A stretch of 62,612 bases of DNA, the filler included, from Nemertoderma westbladi (lineage: Eukaryota > Animalia > Xenacoelomorpha): NCBI GenBank assembly GCA_032718475.1. It is 3 parts of 3 records of this genome, joined end to end, with 100 filler letters (N's around TTAATTAATTAA, not from the genome) between each part and the next. Parts side by side here need not be neighbours in the genome. Positions count along the whole stretch, not along the records: positions 47,187 to 62,612 come from JAUCBJ010001855.1; 2 more parts are not named here. One strand, given 5' to 3'. Below the pieces are notes generated by a model. It saw only the letters and a program-made list of their open reading frames with translations. It searched no databases and was not told where the DNA came from. Shown in pieces: positions 60,351-62,612 of this stretch; positions within the stretch are counted from its first letter, which is position 1; each line of letters begins with the position of its first letter. The position numbers were made by a program, and so were the translations under genes.

Positions 60351-62298
60351 TTAAATACTGAAAGGCAGTGGATAATTGTAGACTGTCTGGATAAAATCTA
60401 GAGTCATATATTCCTTCATGGTAAGCGCTGACTGGCCTAACCTAGAATCTAGGTTCTTTTGGTCATATTTGTAAGTCATAAGAGAATACACTGATGGCAC
60501 GGGGTGGAGCTTTCTGCACATTTGGTGAGTTGAAAAGTATGTATATACTGTATCTGTATATTTCCTACCGCTCAGATTCCACGAGGCCTTCTGTAGAAGG
60601 CTCTGAACCAGTTCGTTGGGGTATGCAGCTGTATGGATCAGGGTGCCGATATTGCTTCTGAAGAGTTCGTGTGATAGTGCAAGTGGTCGACACTGCAATG
60701 ATTCATAGAGTGTACTATTTGTGACAACATAATTTCTTAGGTATACCATCTTGCGTAGTGACTTTCTGTAAGCTGCATCGACGTTGTTGATTTCAGTAGG
60801 TGACATGCTCCCACATAAAATTTGTGTAGTAAAAGATGGAAGGAAGACCTACTACGCGCCATCCCAAGTGTATCAGGGTCAAGGTATTGCACGGTCCACC
60901 CTTTGCACACAAAGGCCTCTGAGATACTGCCCGTAATGATCCCTTTTACTTTTTGGCCATGTTGTTGGTACTCGGAGTCTTGATTTTGTATCCAAGAAAT
61001 TTAATACCACTGGAAGACGAGCTCGGATTTAGATATGTATATGTGTATATTTATATGAGGATTTGCTGGAGGTAAAATTGAAAAATGTACATTTTGTCTT
61101 ATCGGCTTCAAATGACAAACCAATTGAACCATATTCCTTACTTAGGACTGGCACCCATGCTATCTAACTCCTCCCGAGATCTTGCAAACAATATAACATC
61201 GTCCGCGTAAGCCAGGGTTACAATCCACATAAATTCGAGTGAAGCTACGAAGCCTGCCCTCACCAGGGCCTCAAGTGGATCTGCTGTATAAATTAGGAAG
61301 AAAATCGGTGAACACAATGACCCCTGTTTCACGCCTTTGTAAATAGGTATTCCAATTTCATCTATCCTATTTCCGAACTTGAGGTAGGCGATGGTGACCG
61401 CATAATACTTTAAGAGTATAATACATACATAAGGATTCATGATTTTGGAGAGTTTCTCAAACAGAGTCGAGTGTTGTACATCGTCGAAAGCTCCCTGAAT
61501 ATCGAGTTGGCACATATGCACATCTTGTCTACTTTCACTCTGCTTTTCCAAGAATTCTACAATTATGGCCGTAATGATATCAGCTCTCATCTTCTTCTGG
61601 TATGCTAGTTGATTTGAGGCAATGTGGTCAGCTAGATTGGGCGCAAGTTCGTCGACTACCAAGCTTTCAAGGATTTTCCCCATTAGAGATAATGTTGAGA
61701 CAGGCCTGTATGACTTCGCCTCATGGATAGGTTTGTTGTTTCCCTTATGTATGGGAATGTTCACGATAGCTCCAAACAAATCAGACACATGCTTGAGATG
61801 AAAGTACAAGTTTATGATGATGACCAGGAACTCGCAGCAAAACTGTTGATCTAGACCCAAGAGATGCTCCACTGCCAAACCAAAGAAATCACAGGACTTC
61901 CCCCGATTTAGTGTTGATATCAGACGACGAACTGTTTCCGCTGACACAAATGGAACTGTTGCATCTTTACAAGCAATATTCAGGTTAGCCGTGATATTAC
62001 TCAGAGATTTCCTGTACTCATCTTCTTTACCTGACTGACGTTTGGTTCCCTCTCGTATGTTATCTTGGACATCCATAGGAGGAACCTGTTTGCCTTTATC
62101 ATTGAAATAGGACCAGAAATTCCTGGGATAGCAACTTCTGTTCGTCACCGCCATACGGACATCCCTGGAGATGTTGGACTTCATTAGGAAGTTTTTGAGG
62201 CGTCTTACTGATCGACGGGTTTCCCTAAACATGGAGGAGTAGATACTATCTGGATGACACTCGACAACACCATATAATATCATGACGTTGCTATGCAA
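60351..62298 (-). mobile_element. Decayed LINE (RTE-X-like) reverse transcriptase
   Basis: GKSCDFFGLAVEHL, SYRPVS, LDIQGAFDDV, GVKQGSLCSP and LAYADDV; the C-terminal part is in 60351..60806. Confidence 0.88.
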
Positions 62299-62612
62299 TT
62301 TGCATTTAAATTAAATTTTAACAGAGTTTAATACACTTTCTTATTTTTATCCTGATTTTGTATACTGTTTGCACTGATATTTATATCTATATTTACTTAC
62401 TTGTAAGTAAATAAATATAATTTATTGAAAAAAAATATATTTAAAAAATATTAAAGCAGATTAAAGGGAGTAACAGTTAATTAATATAAGTTTGGTATCA
62501 GTTTCATTTCATTCATTTATTTGCACCGATTCTGCGATATAGTATAGTAGGTGGTTAATTGGGACTTGGGAGCATTTGGGCCACATGATTAAATAGATAT
62601 CCTCGAAGTATA

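Overview
Repeat-rich eukaryotic DNA, probably from an invertebrate animal. It is not prokaryotic and contains no CRISPR array. The window is three contigs (1-17617, 17718-47086, 47187-62612) joined by artificial 100-bp N44-TTAATTAATTAA-N44 linkers, so adjacency across the linkers means nothing. Contig 1 holds a frameshifted, divergent CLN3-like gene and decayed BEL/Pao LTR-retroelement sequence. The retroelement sequence carries two divergent copies of an unusual extra ORF: a DEDDy/WRN-EXD-like exonuclease fold with altered catalytic residues, three CCHC (Nanos/knuckle-like) zinc fingers and a basic NLS-like tail. Contig 2 holds CLN3, a bacterial-type GT4 glycosyltransferase, COG8 and COQ5, all without coding introns, plus the 3' part of a KIAA1549-like membrane-protein gene. 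It also holds ALDH3 and SDHAF4 pseudogenes riddled with one stereotyped 8-bp lesion (5-bp duplication around CAG/CTG), a Foldback element, MULE-like MITEs, and a 50-bp satellite built from a transposon end plus its target-site duplication (TSD). Contig 3 holds minisatellites, an LTR with polypurine tract, RTE and RTE-X-like LINEs, a piggyBac-like MITE and a duplicated LamG-domain exon. All protein family calls come from motif recognition by eye; no database search was run.
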